From Candidatus Melainabacteria bacterium (GTDB taxonomy: Bacteria; Cyanobacteriota; Vampirovibrionia; Caenarcaniphilales; Caenarcanaceae): a stretch of 56,954 bases of DNA. The DNA lies in NCBI GenBank assembly GCA_005110395.1, contig DUDU01000119.1:1-56954 (forward strand), written 5' to 3'. Under the pieces are notes generated by a model, which worked only from the letters and a program-made list of their open reading frames with translations, did not search any database and was not told where the DNA came from. Of this stretch, positions 29,560 through 39,543 are shown one piece after another. The position numbers and the translations under genes were made by a program. The number at the start of each line of letters is the position of its first letter. Position 1 is the stretch's first letter.

Positions 29560-29597
29560 ATTCTCAAAAAGCAATATTGTTGATTAAGTATGTGAAC

Positions 29598-31145
29598 TCA
29601 AATAATAAATTTAATTTTTCTGGCTGCAAATAAACACATTTGTAAAAGTATTAAACCATGTTTGAATCGGGAAATATTGGTTGTACCATAAGTTCTCGCT
29701 TGATATCTTATTGGTAATTCTTCTATTTTTAAGTTGAGCTTAAAAGCACCAAATATAAGATCAAAATCACCAAAAGGATCAAAATCGCCAAAGAATTTTC
29801 TATTCTCAATTAAATTCGCATAATCATCACGAAATATAACCTTGGTACCACAAAGAGTATCGCTAATAGGCTGATCTAAGAGCCAACTCAGTAATCCACT
29901 AAAAAATTTATTACCCAACATATTAAGAAAACGCATTGCTTGTTTCTCCATTGGATAGACTAAGCGTGAACCCATAACAAAGTCTGAATGGCCTGATTGA
30001 ATTACATTAAAAAACTTAGGTAAATCTTCTGGCATAACTGTCAAATCGGCATCTAATATCATTAAAATATCGCCAGTTGCAATTTCAAAACCTTTTCTTA
30101 CTGCATCGCCTTTGCCTTTCCCAGATTGTTTATCTATTATAATTTTTCGGTTTTGTATAGACCGAGATTGAAATTCTTGATTATATTTTGCGGAAACTTT
30201 TTGAATTGTTTCCCAAGTATCATCAGTGGAATTTCCCTCTATGAAAATGATTTCTTGCTCTCTACCAAACATCGGTAGTCTTTGAATAGCATCTTCAATA
30301 TTGCCACTTTCATTCCTAGTGGGTATCACAATTGAAACTGAATAATCATTCTGTTTTGAGGAGACATTATTATTTGGATTTATTAATAATTCAGTATTTT
30401 CAGAAATGACATTAGGTTTAATTTGTTTTGCAAAAATATAATTATTAAGTGCTAAGTTCTCAATTAATGGGAGTTTTGACAGGTATTTATTGATGAAGTT
30501 AGAAACAATTGGTATATAAATGGGAAACAATATCCTTTTGGTATCTCTATATACTTCAAATCCTGCTAGATTCAATAAATTTGAAATATCTCTAGTTGAA
30601 AGCCAGTTTTGATCTGGGGAAGTAGTTTTGAACCCTAGCTTTTCCGAGAACCTCAAGAGTGGCTCCCAAAGATGATTATAGTGAGTAATTATTATTTTGG
30701 TTCTAGAATGCGAAACTTTATGCAATTCATTGAAAACAGCTTGAATATCTTCTAAGTATCCAACTAAATTAGAAAGAATGATTACGTCATATTTTTGATT
30801 CAGTGAAAGATTTTCAGCCGACATAATTTCAAAGTCAATATTTGGAAATTGCTTTTTAGCTTCCTGTATCATTTTTGGGCTGAAATCAATTCCTTTTTTG
30901 TATCCACCATTAAGGCCAGCAATTAGCTCTCCACTACCACAGCCAATTTCTAAGATGGAAGATGTTTTGGATACAAAATAATTACAATAGTCTTTTATCA
31001 AATTGTAATAGTACGAATATCTCTTGCGCGCTTTAATTCTAGTTGATGCAATTTTTTCGAAATAATCAAGATTAGTACTCTTAATCAATGATTTATTGTT
31101 GGATATAGTAACAAGATTTTCTTGGCTAATAGTTGACTGTGGCAA
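29598..31145 (-). CDS. SAM-dependent methyltransferase-like domain fused to GT2 (polyprenol-phosphate glycosyltransferase-like)
   Basis: ILEIGCGSG, GIDFS; then IVIPTRNE, GKGDAVRKG, ILDADL, GSR, DTLCGTK, ELPIRY..R..G. Confidence 0.85.
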   Translation of the reverse strand: MPQSTISQENLVTISNNKSLIKSTNLDYFEKIASTRIKARKRYSYYYNLIKDYCNYFVSKTSSILEIGCGSGELIAGLNGGYKKGIDFSPKMIQEAKKQFPNIDFEIMSAENLSLNQKYDVIILSNLVGYLEDIQAVFNELHKVSHSRTKIIITHYNHLWEPLLRFSEKLGFKTTSPDQNWLSTRDISNLLNLAGFEVYRDTKRILFPIYIPIVSNFINKYLSKLPLIENLALNNYIFAKQIKPNVISENTELLINPNNNVSSKQNDYSVSIVIPTRNESGNIEDAIQRLPMFGREQEIIFIEGNSTDDTWETIQKVSAKYNQEFQSRSIQNRKIIIDKQSGKGKGDAVRKGFEIATGDILMILDADLTVMPEDLPKFFNVIQSGHSDFVMGSRLVYPMEKQAMRFLNMLGNKFFSGLLSWLLDQPISDTLCGTKVIFRDDYANLIENRKFFGDFDPFGDFDLIFGAFKLNLKIEELPIRYQARTYGTTNISRFKHGLILLQMCLFAARKIKFII

Positions 31146-31243
31146 GGTTGAGAATTGATTGACTTATTTTAGCTGCTAAATAGAAACTGCCTGCAATAAT
31201 AGCATTAGCCCACTAATATTCTCAGTAATCTTATTCTTTGTAA

Positions 31244-31284
31244 TTGCGACTATTTAGTTCAACAATTGTCCTAAATAGTCGCAA
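31244..31284. repeat. perfect 14-bp inverted repeat between divergent glycosyltransferase genes
   Basis: TTGCGACTATTTAG-N13-CTAAATAGTCGCAA. Confidence 0.8.
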
Positions 31285-31388
31285 CTTTTGATTAAATTGA
31301 AACGCTTAAAATATTTAGATTTTTCAATTCATTCATTAGCTTTTCCTCAAGGGCGCAAAACCTATAAACGTTTTATCAACCTCAATTA

Positions 31389-33209
31389 ATGAAAGCAGAC
31401 TATTCAAAAGAAAAAGAAGTTAATTTATTCCACACAAAAAAGCAAAAGATATTTTTTTTTATTGGTTTAGTTTTTGTAATGAGCTTGTTTCTTAAATTGT
31501 GGAAGTTGGATTTTGATAGCCTTTGGCTTGATGAAATCAGAACGATTGATATTGCTAGTGCTGATAGTCGATCTTTTGAGAATAATTATGAATATTATTT
31601 CAATAAGCAATATCGTCCTCTCCCTGCTAGGGATTATAGCGAGGTCATTGGCTATTTAAACAAAGGAGGTGATTCTTCTCATTTCCCTCTTTATTACTGC
31701 TTTATGAGTAGTTGGCTTTCCTCATTTGTTCATTATCCAGAATCTTCATTACCCATTCAATCAATTAAAAATAATAGAATAAATGAAGAGCAAAATCTTG
31801 GATTCTCAAAAATCTCTAATCAAATATCCGATCAAAAATCTGAAAGTATTATTCGATTACCTTCCGTACTCTTCTCTATAATTGCTTCAATATTGTTGAT
31901 ATGCATTTGTCAAATACTGTTTCAAAAATACTATTTATCTTTGATTTGCGCATTAATTTCATGCACTTCTCCATATCTTTTCTATTATTCGCAGGAAGCA
32001 AGGGTTTATTCACTTCTTATATTGTTAGTTAATTTGACAGTATTTGTATACCTTAAGATGAAAATCGAGTTGACTTCCCATAAATCTTATAAAGTCAAAG
32101 CTTTTTATTTAAGTTTATACCTCTTCCTCATTCTAGCCATTTTAGCTTTAGGTATATCTCTTCACATGACTTTTATATTTTTCATACCCACACTTTTTAT
32201 AATTGGACTGATTGATTTCTCATATTCTATTTCAAATCTTAGAGAATTTTTAGCAAAGCAAATTAAAGACAAGTTCTATATCTTCATGCCCTTAATTGCT
32301 TTACTAGGAATAGCTTTCTATTGGTTATTAAACAAATTTGTTTTTGGTAATTTTATAAATCAAAATTTTAATTTCAAGGAAATCTCTAATATTGGCTATG
32401 TATTCAAAGTTGGGGTTTCTGCCATCGTACATTTTTCCTTATCAAATAGAATACCTTGGCCTCTTTATTTATCACTGATACCAATTATTTTTTCTATTTT
32501 TTCTTTTTATATTACTTCTGCTTTTAGTAAGAAAATAAAGCTTATTCTCAGCTCATGGCTACTACTTCCAATATTATTTAATGCAATTGCTTTTTTAATC
32601 TCAAATAGAAGCTTTTCGAATAGCCGCTATATGATTGTTGCCGCTCCTGCAATTTTACTAATTATCTCTGCAGGCATCTATTCATTAGGTAAGCTTTCAC
32701 TTAACAAATCTGAGCTAAGTCCAAAATTAGGATTAGCTGATTCAGTACAAAATTTGTTCAGTAAATTGAGATTGCGTGAATTGTCAATGACTTTCATAGT
32801 ACTGTCTTATTTATTGACTATAGGATGGATGAAATATACTCCACAAAAGCAAAATTGGAGATTATTAGGAGAGCAAATTGAAATAAAGGTTAATTTACAT
32901 GAAAAACCAACAAAAGTCATTACACAGAAAAAACAAGAAACTAATAAAGAAAAAGTTATAGTTTATCCATCTCCAACCTATTTACTGATACCTTTGAACT
33001 ATTATTGGAAGTCACCTCGACATGAAATCAAAGATTTAAAAACAAAATTATCCAATCCTAATGAATTGCCAAGGACTATTTTGATAGTTATGGAAAACAT
33101 GGATTTGTTTGATGAAGAGAAAAAGCTTTTACAAAATAATGGGTATATTGAAATAAGTCATGAAAAATTTACAGGCATACATCTCAAAACTTTTAAGCAA
33201 TCCAATTAG
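31389..33209 (+). CDS. GT39/PMT-like (GT-C) membrane glycosyltransferase
   Basis: SLWLDE, H.PLYY, RLPSVLF, YSQEARVYSL, RY motifs with many TM helices. Confidence 0.8.
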   Translation: MKADYSKEKEVNLFHTKKQKIFFFIGLVFVMSLFLKLWKLDFDSLWLDEIRTIDIASADSRSFENNYEYYFNKQYRPLPARDYSEVIGYLNKGGDSSHFPLYYCFMSSWLSSFVHYPESSLPIQSIKNNRINEEQNLGFSKISNQISDQKSESIIRLPSVLFSIIASILLICICQILFQKYYLSLICALISCTSPYLFYYSQEARVYSLLILLVNLTVFVYLKMKIELTSHKSYKVKAFYLSLYLFLILAILALGISLHMTFIFFIPTLFIIGLIDFSYSISNLREFLAKQIKDKFYIFMPLIALLGIAFYWLLNKFVFGNFINQNFNFKEISNIGYVFKVGVSAIVHFSLSNRIPWPLYLSLIPIIFSIFSFYITSAFSKKIKLILSSWLLLPILFNAIAFLISNRSFSNSRYMIVAAPAILLIISAGIYSLGKLSLNKSELSPKLGLADSVQNLFSKLRLRELSMTFIVLSYLLTIGWMKYTPQKQNWRLLGEQIEIKVNLHEKPTKVITQKKQETNKEKVIVYPSPTYLLIPLNYYWKSPRHEIKDLKTKLSNPNELPRTILIVMENMDLFDEEKKLLQNNGYIEISHEKFTGIHLKTFKQSN

Positions 33210-34266
33210 AGCTTTAAGTAAACCTTTCAATTCTTTAAACCTTTCAAACAATAAAGTGCATATTCCGAAACAAATACTTTTATTGATCGTAATAAGCTTT
33301 TTTGCATTTTCTACAACATTTAGTTCATTTGCAAAGGCATCTCTATCCACTGCTGCAAATCTAATTGAGAGTGGAAATGATAGATTAAAAAGAAAAGAAT
33401 ATTCTGAAGCCATCGAATTTTTTAGAAAGGCACTTGAAAAGGATCTTGGTAATCCAACAATTCACTTTAGTCTTGGAATAAGCTACTTAGGAGACAAAGA
33501 TTTAGAGCTAGCAACTGAACATTTTCTGAGAGCAATTGAGTTAAATCCGGCTATGCTCGAAGCTTATTACAGCTTGGCCTTGTGTTATCAAATGCAGGGA
33601 AAGAAAGAATTAGCTTTAAGTTCATTTAGGCAGGGTTTGGGCATTGATTTAGATAATAAATTGCCAAAGAGTATTTTCTGGAATGAAGTGATTCTCAGTA
33701 ATAATGAGGAGGATGAAAACAGAGCTGAAATAATTGCTTATAACAAACAAGAAGCTGAAGAAAATAATGGTACTAGCTTACATTTTCCAAAGGCTGAATT
33801 GAATCAGAGCCAAAGTAATATTGTCAATAATATATATTCTGATATTGAATCTTCTTCAATTGAATCATATAAAGAAGAATTGCAAGGTTACTTAGCTGAA
33901 CTCAAAAAAAGTCCTAATGATTCTCAGTTAATTTATAGAATCGGATTATTTTATTTGAGAGAAAAAAATTATGAAAAAGCTTATCAAATTGAAAAAAGAT
34001 TGGAAAAACTTGATGAATATTTAGCAGGTGAAATAAAGAACAAATTAGGTAGTAGATTTAAAGGTTTTGAAATAGCAAGCACGACAGTAATTATTGATTC
34101 ATCCAAAAGTAATTCTGAGAAAGTTTATTCTAAGCCACCCGAAATTCAAAGCGCGAACAATAAAAAGACAAGTGATAAAAAAGTTGCTTCAAGAAAACAA
34201 AAGGCTAGTAAACGAAGTATTTTCAAACGCAATAGAAATACTTCAAAATACAAATCTAAACAATAA
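33160..34266 (+). CDS. secreted TPR-repeat protein with basic C-terminal tail
   Basis: Signal-like hydrophobic segment, TPR patterns (AIEFFRKAL, AIELNP..EAYYSLA), Lys/Arg-rich tail; real start may be downstream. Confidence 0.75.
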   Translation: MKNLQAYISKLLSNPIRALSKPFNSLNLSNNKVHIPKQILLLIVISFFAFSTTFSSFAKASLSTAANLIESGNDRLKRKEYSEAIEFFRKALEKDLGNPTIHFSLGISYLGDKDLELATEHFLRAIELNPAMLEAYYSLALCYQMQGKKELALSSFRQGLGIDLDNKLPKSIFWNEVILSNNEEDENRAEIIAYNKQEAEENNGTSLHFPKAELNQSQSNIVNNIYSDIESSSIESYKEELQGYLAELKKSPNDSQLIYRIGLFYLREKNYEKAYQIEKRLEKLDEYLAGEIKNKLGSRFKGFEIASTTVIIDSSKSNSEKVYSKPPEIQSANNKKTSDKKVASRKQKASKRSIFKRNRNTSKYKSKQ

Positions 34267-34530
34267 TTGATTTGATAGTAGAATCTAAAATTCAATTGAA
34301 GAAACAGCTGGTGAATTGAGTGATCAACTAAACAATATAGAAGTAATTAAACACAATTATCAAACTTAATCACTAGACATCAAATTTGATAAGAATTTTC
34401 ATAAATCTCAGATCAAGTTAATTAAGCAAGTTATTAACAAATGCATTTGAATAAGTTTTGAGTAAGTGATTAATTCAAATTCTCCAATGCATTTTAGAAT
34501 ATAAAGACTTTTAAACAAAATATTTCATCA

Positions 34531-34974
34531 ATGACTTCCACCAAAATCACAATTGCAAGCGATCATGCAGGTTATTCTCTCAAGACTCATTTAGTCGAAT
34601 TTATTCAAAAAAATTATCCTGAAATTGAAATTACAGATTTTGGTTGTGATAATTCGACTGACTCAGTGCATTATCCAGATTTAGCCAGTTTGGTTTGTAA
34701 TTCTATAAATCAAGGAAATTCTGAGCGTGGGATTTTGATTTGCGGAAGTGGAGTTGGAATGTCAATTGCGGCTAATCGTCACAAAGGCATTAGAGCTTCT
34801 CTTTGTAATGAATTGCTCTCAGCAAGATTAACCAGGCAACACAATAATTCAAATGTTTTGTGTTTAGGTAATTGGCTGGTTACTCCCAAATTAGCCGAAG
34901 AAATTTTTGCAATTTGGTTTAAAACCGAATACGAAGGTGGCCGTCATCAAATCAGAATTGAACTATTAGGATGA
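34531..34974 (+). CDS. rpiB: ribose-5-phosphate isomerase B
   Basis: IASDHAG, YPD, ICGSGVGMSIAAN, HNNSNVLCLG, EGGRH..R. Confidence 0.95.
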   Translation: MTSTKITIASDHAGYSLKTHLVEFIQKNYPEIEITDFGCDNSTDSVHYPDLASLVCNSINQGNSERGILICGSGVGMSIAANRHKGIRASLCNELLSARLTRQHNNSNVLCLGNWLVTPKLAEEIFAIWFKTEYEGGRHQIRIELLG

Positions 34975-36026
34975 TCAAAGCTATCTCTGTGAGGCTCCAT
35001 AATTCTGTCCATTTCTTCTTGATTAATTCTTTTTATTTTGGTGGTATGTTTTTGCACTTGTAATTGCTTGACTTCACTGTCTATATGAACATGCCTCCAA
35101 GATTTTTGAATAGCATTGCTAACTGATTTTATTGCATGCTGATTGGCGGCCGCCACAACAGACAATATGCATGGACCCGACCCACTGAGAACTGCACCAA
35201 TTGCTCCAGAATCACGACAAGCAGTCAAAACGCGATTGAGCCCAGGAATTAAACTTGCCCGGGCACTTTGGTGAAGCCTATCATTCATAGCAATTCCCAA
35301 GCCCCGCCAATCTTTTTTGACTAAAGCCGAAATAAATAACGATGCACATTGAATATTAAATACGGCATCTTCGAAAGAAACATTTCTTGGCAATACTTTT
35401 CGCGCAGATTGAGTTCGGACTTTGATGTCGGGAATTCCAACTAAAATCGCCAACTCTTCTGGCCAATCAAGTTTTTCGGAATAAACACCATTGCGGTCTT
35501 TTGTTGAAATCGTAAAGCCACCTAAGATTGCAGGCGCTACATTATCAGGATGCCCTTCTAGCTCAGTTGCAATTTCAATCGCTTCTGACAAACGTAAATT
35601 CACTCCCGCAATTGCACCCGCAGCCAATATACCTGCAACTACAGCTGATGCACTTGAGCCAAGTCCTCGAGCAGAAGGAATTTCACTTATAACATTTACT
35701 TCTATGCCAGGTAATCCATTGAAACCAATGCAATCTAGGGTGTATCGATAAGCTTTGTAAACTAAATTTGTTCGGGGATTTTGCTTTAGCGAAAAATTAG
35801 CTCTGAAAACCAGCTCCCCTGGCTGATCTTCCATTACTCTAAAAACAAAACGATTATAAAGCTGCAAGGCTATACCAAAACAGTCAAACCCAGCTCCCAT
35901 ATTGGCGGAAGTTGCAGGAACATCAATTAAATAAATTTGAGATGAACCAAAGTCTTCCATTTGCGTGGATTGCGGCTGTAGTTTCGCTTGGGAAAAAAGA
36001 GTATTAGTATCAGAACTGTGTGGCAT
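34947..36026 (-). CDS. thrB: homoserine kinase
   Basis: VPATSANMG.GFD, IPSARGLGSSA, EGHPDNVAP, LSGSGP. Confidence 0.95.
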   Translation of the reverse strand: MPHSSDTNTLFSQAKLQPQSTQMEDFGSSQIYLIDVPATSANMGAGFDCFGIALQLYNRFVFRVMEDQPGELVFRANFSLKQNPRTNLVYKAYRYTLDCIGFNGLPGIEVNVISEIPSARGLGSSASAVVAGILAAGAIAGVNLRLSEAIEIATELEGHPDNVAPAILGGFTISTKDRNGVYSEKLDWPEELAILVGIPDIKVRTQSARKVLPRNVSFEDAVFNIQCASLFISALVKKDWRGLGIAMNDRLHQSARASLIPGLNRVLTACRDSGAIGAVLSGSGPCILSVVAAANQHAIKSVSNAIQKSWRHVHIDSEVKQLQVQKHTTKIKRINQEEMDRIMEPHRDSFDHPNSSILI

Positions 36027-36083
36027 TAATCTATAAGGCCTTTATGAATGAGGCTAAATTGAAAAACAATAAATACAACTGAA

Positions 36084-37025
36084 TTATACCGAACTAGAGA
36101 CAAGAGGCTGAGAGATTATATCCGCAAAGCCATTTAACTCATTAGTAGGATTACCATAAAGTGTTTTACTGTGAAGTTTAATCAGTTGAGTCACTGTCTC
36201 TTTTAGTTTTTTTCGGGAAATAACCAAATCAATTTGTCCATGCTCAAGCAAATACTCAGATGTTTGAAAATCTTTTGGTAATTTTTGACGAATAGTTTCT
36301 TCAATTACTCGAGGTCCAGCAAAACCAATTTTCGCTTTGGGCTCGGCAATAATAATATCTCCAAGCATTGCAAAACTAGCGCTAACCCCACCATAAGTCG
36401 GATCTGCTAAAACTGAAAGGAACAAAAGTTTGTTTTCTCTTAGCTTTGACAAAATTGCAGAAGTCTTTGCCATTTGCAGCAAGCTAAATAAACCCTCATG
36501 CATTCTAGCCCCACCAGAGCTCGAAATAATAATTACCGGTAATTTTCTTTCAATTGCAAGTTCGCAAAGTCTAGCTATTCTTTCCCCAACCACAGAGCCC
36601 ATACTGCCCCCCAGAAAAGGAAATTCCATAATCCCAAAAGCGGTTTCAAACCCATCAATTTTGCCAACACCAGTTACAATCGCTTCATTAGAGCCTGAGC
36701 GTTTTTTTGCAGCTTCAATGCTGTCTTCATATTTTTTGAGATCGACGAATTTCAGAGGATTACTTGGTTTAATGGAACAATTAATTTCTTCCCAAGTATC
36801 AGCATCTACCAAGTGTTCAATCCGATCGTAAGCACTCAGACGAAAATGATGTTCGCATTTTGAGCAAATCATCAGATTATTTTTTAGCTCTGCTGTATAA
36901 ATTGTAGTTTTACAACTTGGACATTGAGTCCATAACTCCGACAATTCCTGTTCAGAAATCATTTCCTGAGATGGCTTTATAGGTCTTGTTTTTCGCTTGA
37001 AATTAAATAAGTCTTTCAGTCTCAT
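36084..37025 (-). CDS. accD: acetyl-CoA carboxylase carboxyltransferase beta subunit
   Basis: LW..CP.C zinc finger, GGSMGSVVGE, SGGARM.EG, PT.GGVSASFA, GFAGPRVIE. Confidence 0.97.
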   Translation of the reverse strand: MRLKDLFNFKRKTRPIKPSQEMISEQELSELWTQCPSCKTTIYTAELKNNLMICSKCEHHFRLSAYDRIEHLVDADTWEEINCSIKPSNPLKFVDLKKYEDSIEAAKKRSGSNEAIVTGVGKIDGFETAFGIMEFPFLGGSMGSVVGERIARLCELAIERKLPVIIISSSGGARMHEGLFSLLQMAKTSAILSKLRENKLLFLSVLADPTYGGVSASFAMLGDIIIAEPKAKIGFAGPRVIEETIRQKLPKDFQTSEYLLEHGQIDLVISRKKLKETVTQLIKLHSKTLYGNPTNELNGFADIISQPLVSSSV

Positions 37026-37244
37026 GAATCTATTCTCGTTTTGTTTTGATTAGATCTGTTTGAATTAATTGTGCTTCATACCCTAATTGAATTGGATTCT
37101 AAAATCAACTTCTTAAATATGAATCTTAATTGAAATCAAAAAATTCTTATCTTTCTAGATATCTTAATTCATCATTTTACTGAAAGTTGAAGCATAAAAG
37201 TTTTTTAGGATTGATTCACTTTATGCACATAGTACGATTTTATT

Positions 37245-37440
37245 TTAGTTGCCGAAACAATCCTCAAATAAACCTTCTCTAACTAATTCGTCTAAAGCCA
37301 TTCTCTTATACAATGTTGGACACACAAAGTGATATATCAATATCGATACATTATGGCTTTTATCGAGGTATTCACTCTTTTTTCTCATTCACAAATTATA
37401 CGGCGATGCAAGCATCGGAGAATTTCACCCCCAGTGATTA
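37245..37440 (-). mobile_element. IS200/IS605-family remnant: truncated TnpA N-terminus (37245-37388) plus end hairpin
   Basis: MRKKSEYLDKSHNVSILIYHFVCPTLYKR.. resembles the Y1 transposase N-terminus (YH.V..PKYR); hairpin CGATGC-AA-GCATCG at 37404-37417. Confidence 0.7.
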
Positions 37441-37478
37441 AAGGAAATAGATGATCCAAAGAGCATATTAAGAATTGA

Positions 37479-37600
37479 GGATTCTTTGATGAACTAAAGA
37501 AAAAATTAGTAGAAAAATGCTTGGAAGCTGAAATGACTGATCATTTGAATTATGAAAAAAACGGTAACCGCAAAACAGGAGAAACGGATACAGCCCCAAA
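37479..37600 (+). mobile_element. IS256-family transposase N-terminal remnant
   Basis: GFFDELKKKLVEKCLEAEMTDHLNYEK, then frameshifted RNGYSPK. Confidence 0.75.
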
Positions 37601-37705
37601 ATCAAAAAAGTTTTCATACAAATCGCTTTAGAAGCCTTAAAAGAAAAAGAGATTGACGGACTTCAATTAAAGATGAGCACGATTTGAAGAGGGTTTTAAT
37701 GTGAT

Positions 37706-38365
37706 TTATTGATAATGTTCTACTTTCGGTAAGGGTAAGCTCAGATTTGTTAGTCTGCATGTTCTGCTGAAGTCTATCGAGAGCTCTTCTCGGCCTTTTA
37801 TGTTGTGAGGGATGATTGGATAGACTTGATTATCAGCCAAACTTGCAAAGTAGCGATTCCCCTGAGAATCTTTAAAATAAACTCCTTTATGATCGCCACC
37901 ATTAACGCCACCATTAACGCCACCATTAAAGCCATTACTCCAATAAGTTGAATATCCAGCATTAAGTATGGCTTCAGCGAATGGGCGACAAGGGGTTTCT
38001 ACAAGCTCTAATATTTTCCGATTCCTATAAGCATCATATTCACCTGGTTTGAGAAAGGTTCTATCCCCAGACTCTGCTAGTTCCTTGATTTGGTTTGCTG
38101 ATATCCCCCAACCTTGGGACATTTGTTTTAGGTACTCTTCATGAGTTGGAGGGAGAGTAAAGCCCCCTTGACGTACTCTTTTATCTTCTTGTGTGTACTC
38201 ACGACTAGTAAGCCTGGAAAGAGGATGTCCTTCAGGATAAGTAACTTTTTCAATTCTAAGTTTTGGTTTTGCAGTTGGTTGTTGGGTGCTTTGATCCGTT
38301 ACTGTAAATTTTCTTTTCGGCTGAAAAACGCTTTCCAGGTGAGGTGGTTTTGTAATACAAACCAT
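37706..38365 (-). CDS. orphan hypothetical protein
   Basis: 219-aa ORF with no family recognised; lies between the two IS256 halves. Confidence 0.5.
   Translation of the reverse strand: MVCITKPPHLESVFQPKRKFTVTDQSTQQPTAKPKLRIEKVTYPEGHPLSRLTSREYTQEDKRVRQGGFTLPPTHEEYLKQMSQGWGISANQIKELAESGDRTFLKPGEYDAYRNRKILELVETPCRPFAEAILNAGYSTYWSNGFNGGVNGGVNGGDHKGVYFKDSQGNRYFASLADNQVYPIIPHNIKGREELSIDFSRTCRLTNLSLPLPKVEHYQ
37894..37929. repeat. 12-bp tandem repeat x3 (CGCCACCATTAA), in frame (NGGV)
   Basis: Three exact copies within the orphan ORF. Confidence 0.9.
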
Positions 38366-38529
38366 TCTCTTGAATCCCAGTTATTTGAAACTTTGTCATT
38401 AATGAAAAGTTGGATTTGTCGCTCGATGTTTAGTTAATACTAATTATCTCTGAATTGGGCTTGTTTGTCAAATCAACTTCTAAGCCGTGTTGATAGCAAT
38501 TGAATTATCACCTGAAATCGCTGTAATCA

Positions 38530-38753
38530 ATCAAGCTATTAAAGTAATGAATAAGATTTTACGTAAGCCTACTCGAAATCGCCGAATATTTCCTGAAGAT
38601 GAATCGGTCTTCAAGACAATGTATTTGGCAATTCAAAAACATCCAAGCAGTGGACTATCCCCATTCCAGTATGGAAATCAACCATGAATTGGTTTGCCAT
38701 TCATTTTCAAGATAGATTCCCTAAATCTTTTACACATTTATCTTAACAAACTC
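38530..38753 (+). mobile_element. IS256-family transposase C-terminal remnant and right end
   Basis: AIKVMNKILRKPTRNRRIFPEDESVFKTMYLAIQ, frameshift, then WTIPIPVWKSTMNWFAIHFQDRF; ends TTACACATTTATCTTAACAAACTC, like IS256 termini. Confidence 0.8.
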
Positions 38754-38828
38754 TTGATCTGGTGTCTTGATTACCCCTTCCTGAATTTGTAAAGAATCTT
38801 TCTCATTACCTGAGGCTAAGTTAAGTTT

Positions 38829-39182
38829 TTAGTACTTAGCAATCGAAGAATCAATCTGATTGGACCAAGCATCAATACCGCCATCCATCGTATAAACTGT
38901 AGAAAATCCCTCAGTTGATAAATAGGCTGCAGCTTTTGCGCTTCTCACTCCATGGTGACAATAAAGCAATAACTCTTGTGAAGAGCTTATCTGTTTTTTT
39001 TCAAGCGCAGACAAGAAATCACTTAGTGGACAATTAATTGCTCGATCAATTCGACATATTTCAAATTCATGAGGCTCTCTTACGTCAACAATTCTAAGAT
39101 TTGGTGAATTTTGTTTTATTAATTCAGCAGCTTCAAAAACATCAACATGCTTGAATAAATCGTCTGAGTCATTGGATTGCAT
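38829..39182 (-). CDS. single-domain rhodanese-like protein
   Basis: VDVREPHE, YCHHGVRS, GGIDAWS. Confidence 0.92.
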   Translation of the reverse strand: MQSNDSDDLFKHVDVFEAAELIKQNSPNLRIVDVREPHEFEICRIDRAINCPLSDFLSALEKKQISSSQELLLYCHHGVRSAKAAAYLSTEGFSTVYTMDGGIDAWSNQIDSSIAKY

Positions 39183-39458
39183 AATAGAAATTAATTGAAA
39201 ATTAAACTTAGTTAGTGAAACTTATTTTTTTGAAATTTGATTGAATTACTTCTTAAAGCTTTGTTTCAGAGAATAGCTTTCATTGTACAAATTTATAAAC
39301 ACAATCTTAGCGATCAAATTTTGAATTACACAAAATGATTTTTCTCAAAATTATTTACAAGATTCTTATTCTTCCTATTGTGTTAATCCTTGTTCAAAAA
39401 CTACTTTTAGTGAAAAAATACAATTCATCTTAAATACAAAGTGAATTGCTTCAACTTA

Positions 39459-39500
39459 TTCATTAATTGAGCTTCATTAACTGAGTTTCATTAATTCGGC
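39459..39500 (+). repeat. 14-bp imperfect tandem repeat x3 upstream of pepA
   Basis: TTCATTAATTGAGC / TTCATTAACTGAGT / TTCATTAATTCGGC. Confidence 0.7.
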
Positions 39501-39543
39501 AATTTCTGTATATCAAAATCAAAACTAAAATCAATTTAATCGC

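Noticed and set aside
31345-31375. GGGCGCAAAAC resembling part of a c-di-GMP-I riboswitch
   Set aside because: The upstream P2 stem with GNRA tetraloop is missing
34947-34974. 28-bp convergent overlap of rpiB and thrB
   Set aside because: Short tail-to-tail overlaps are common and it involves only a non-conserved ThrB tail
38487-38687. 66-aa ORF as an intact gene
   Set aside because: It is a frameshifted IS256 transposase fragment
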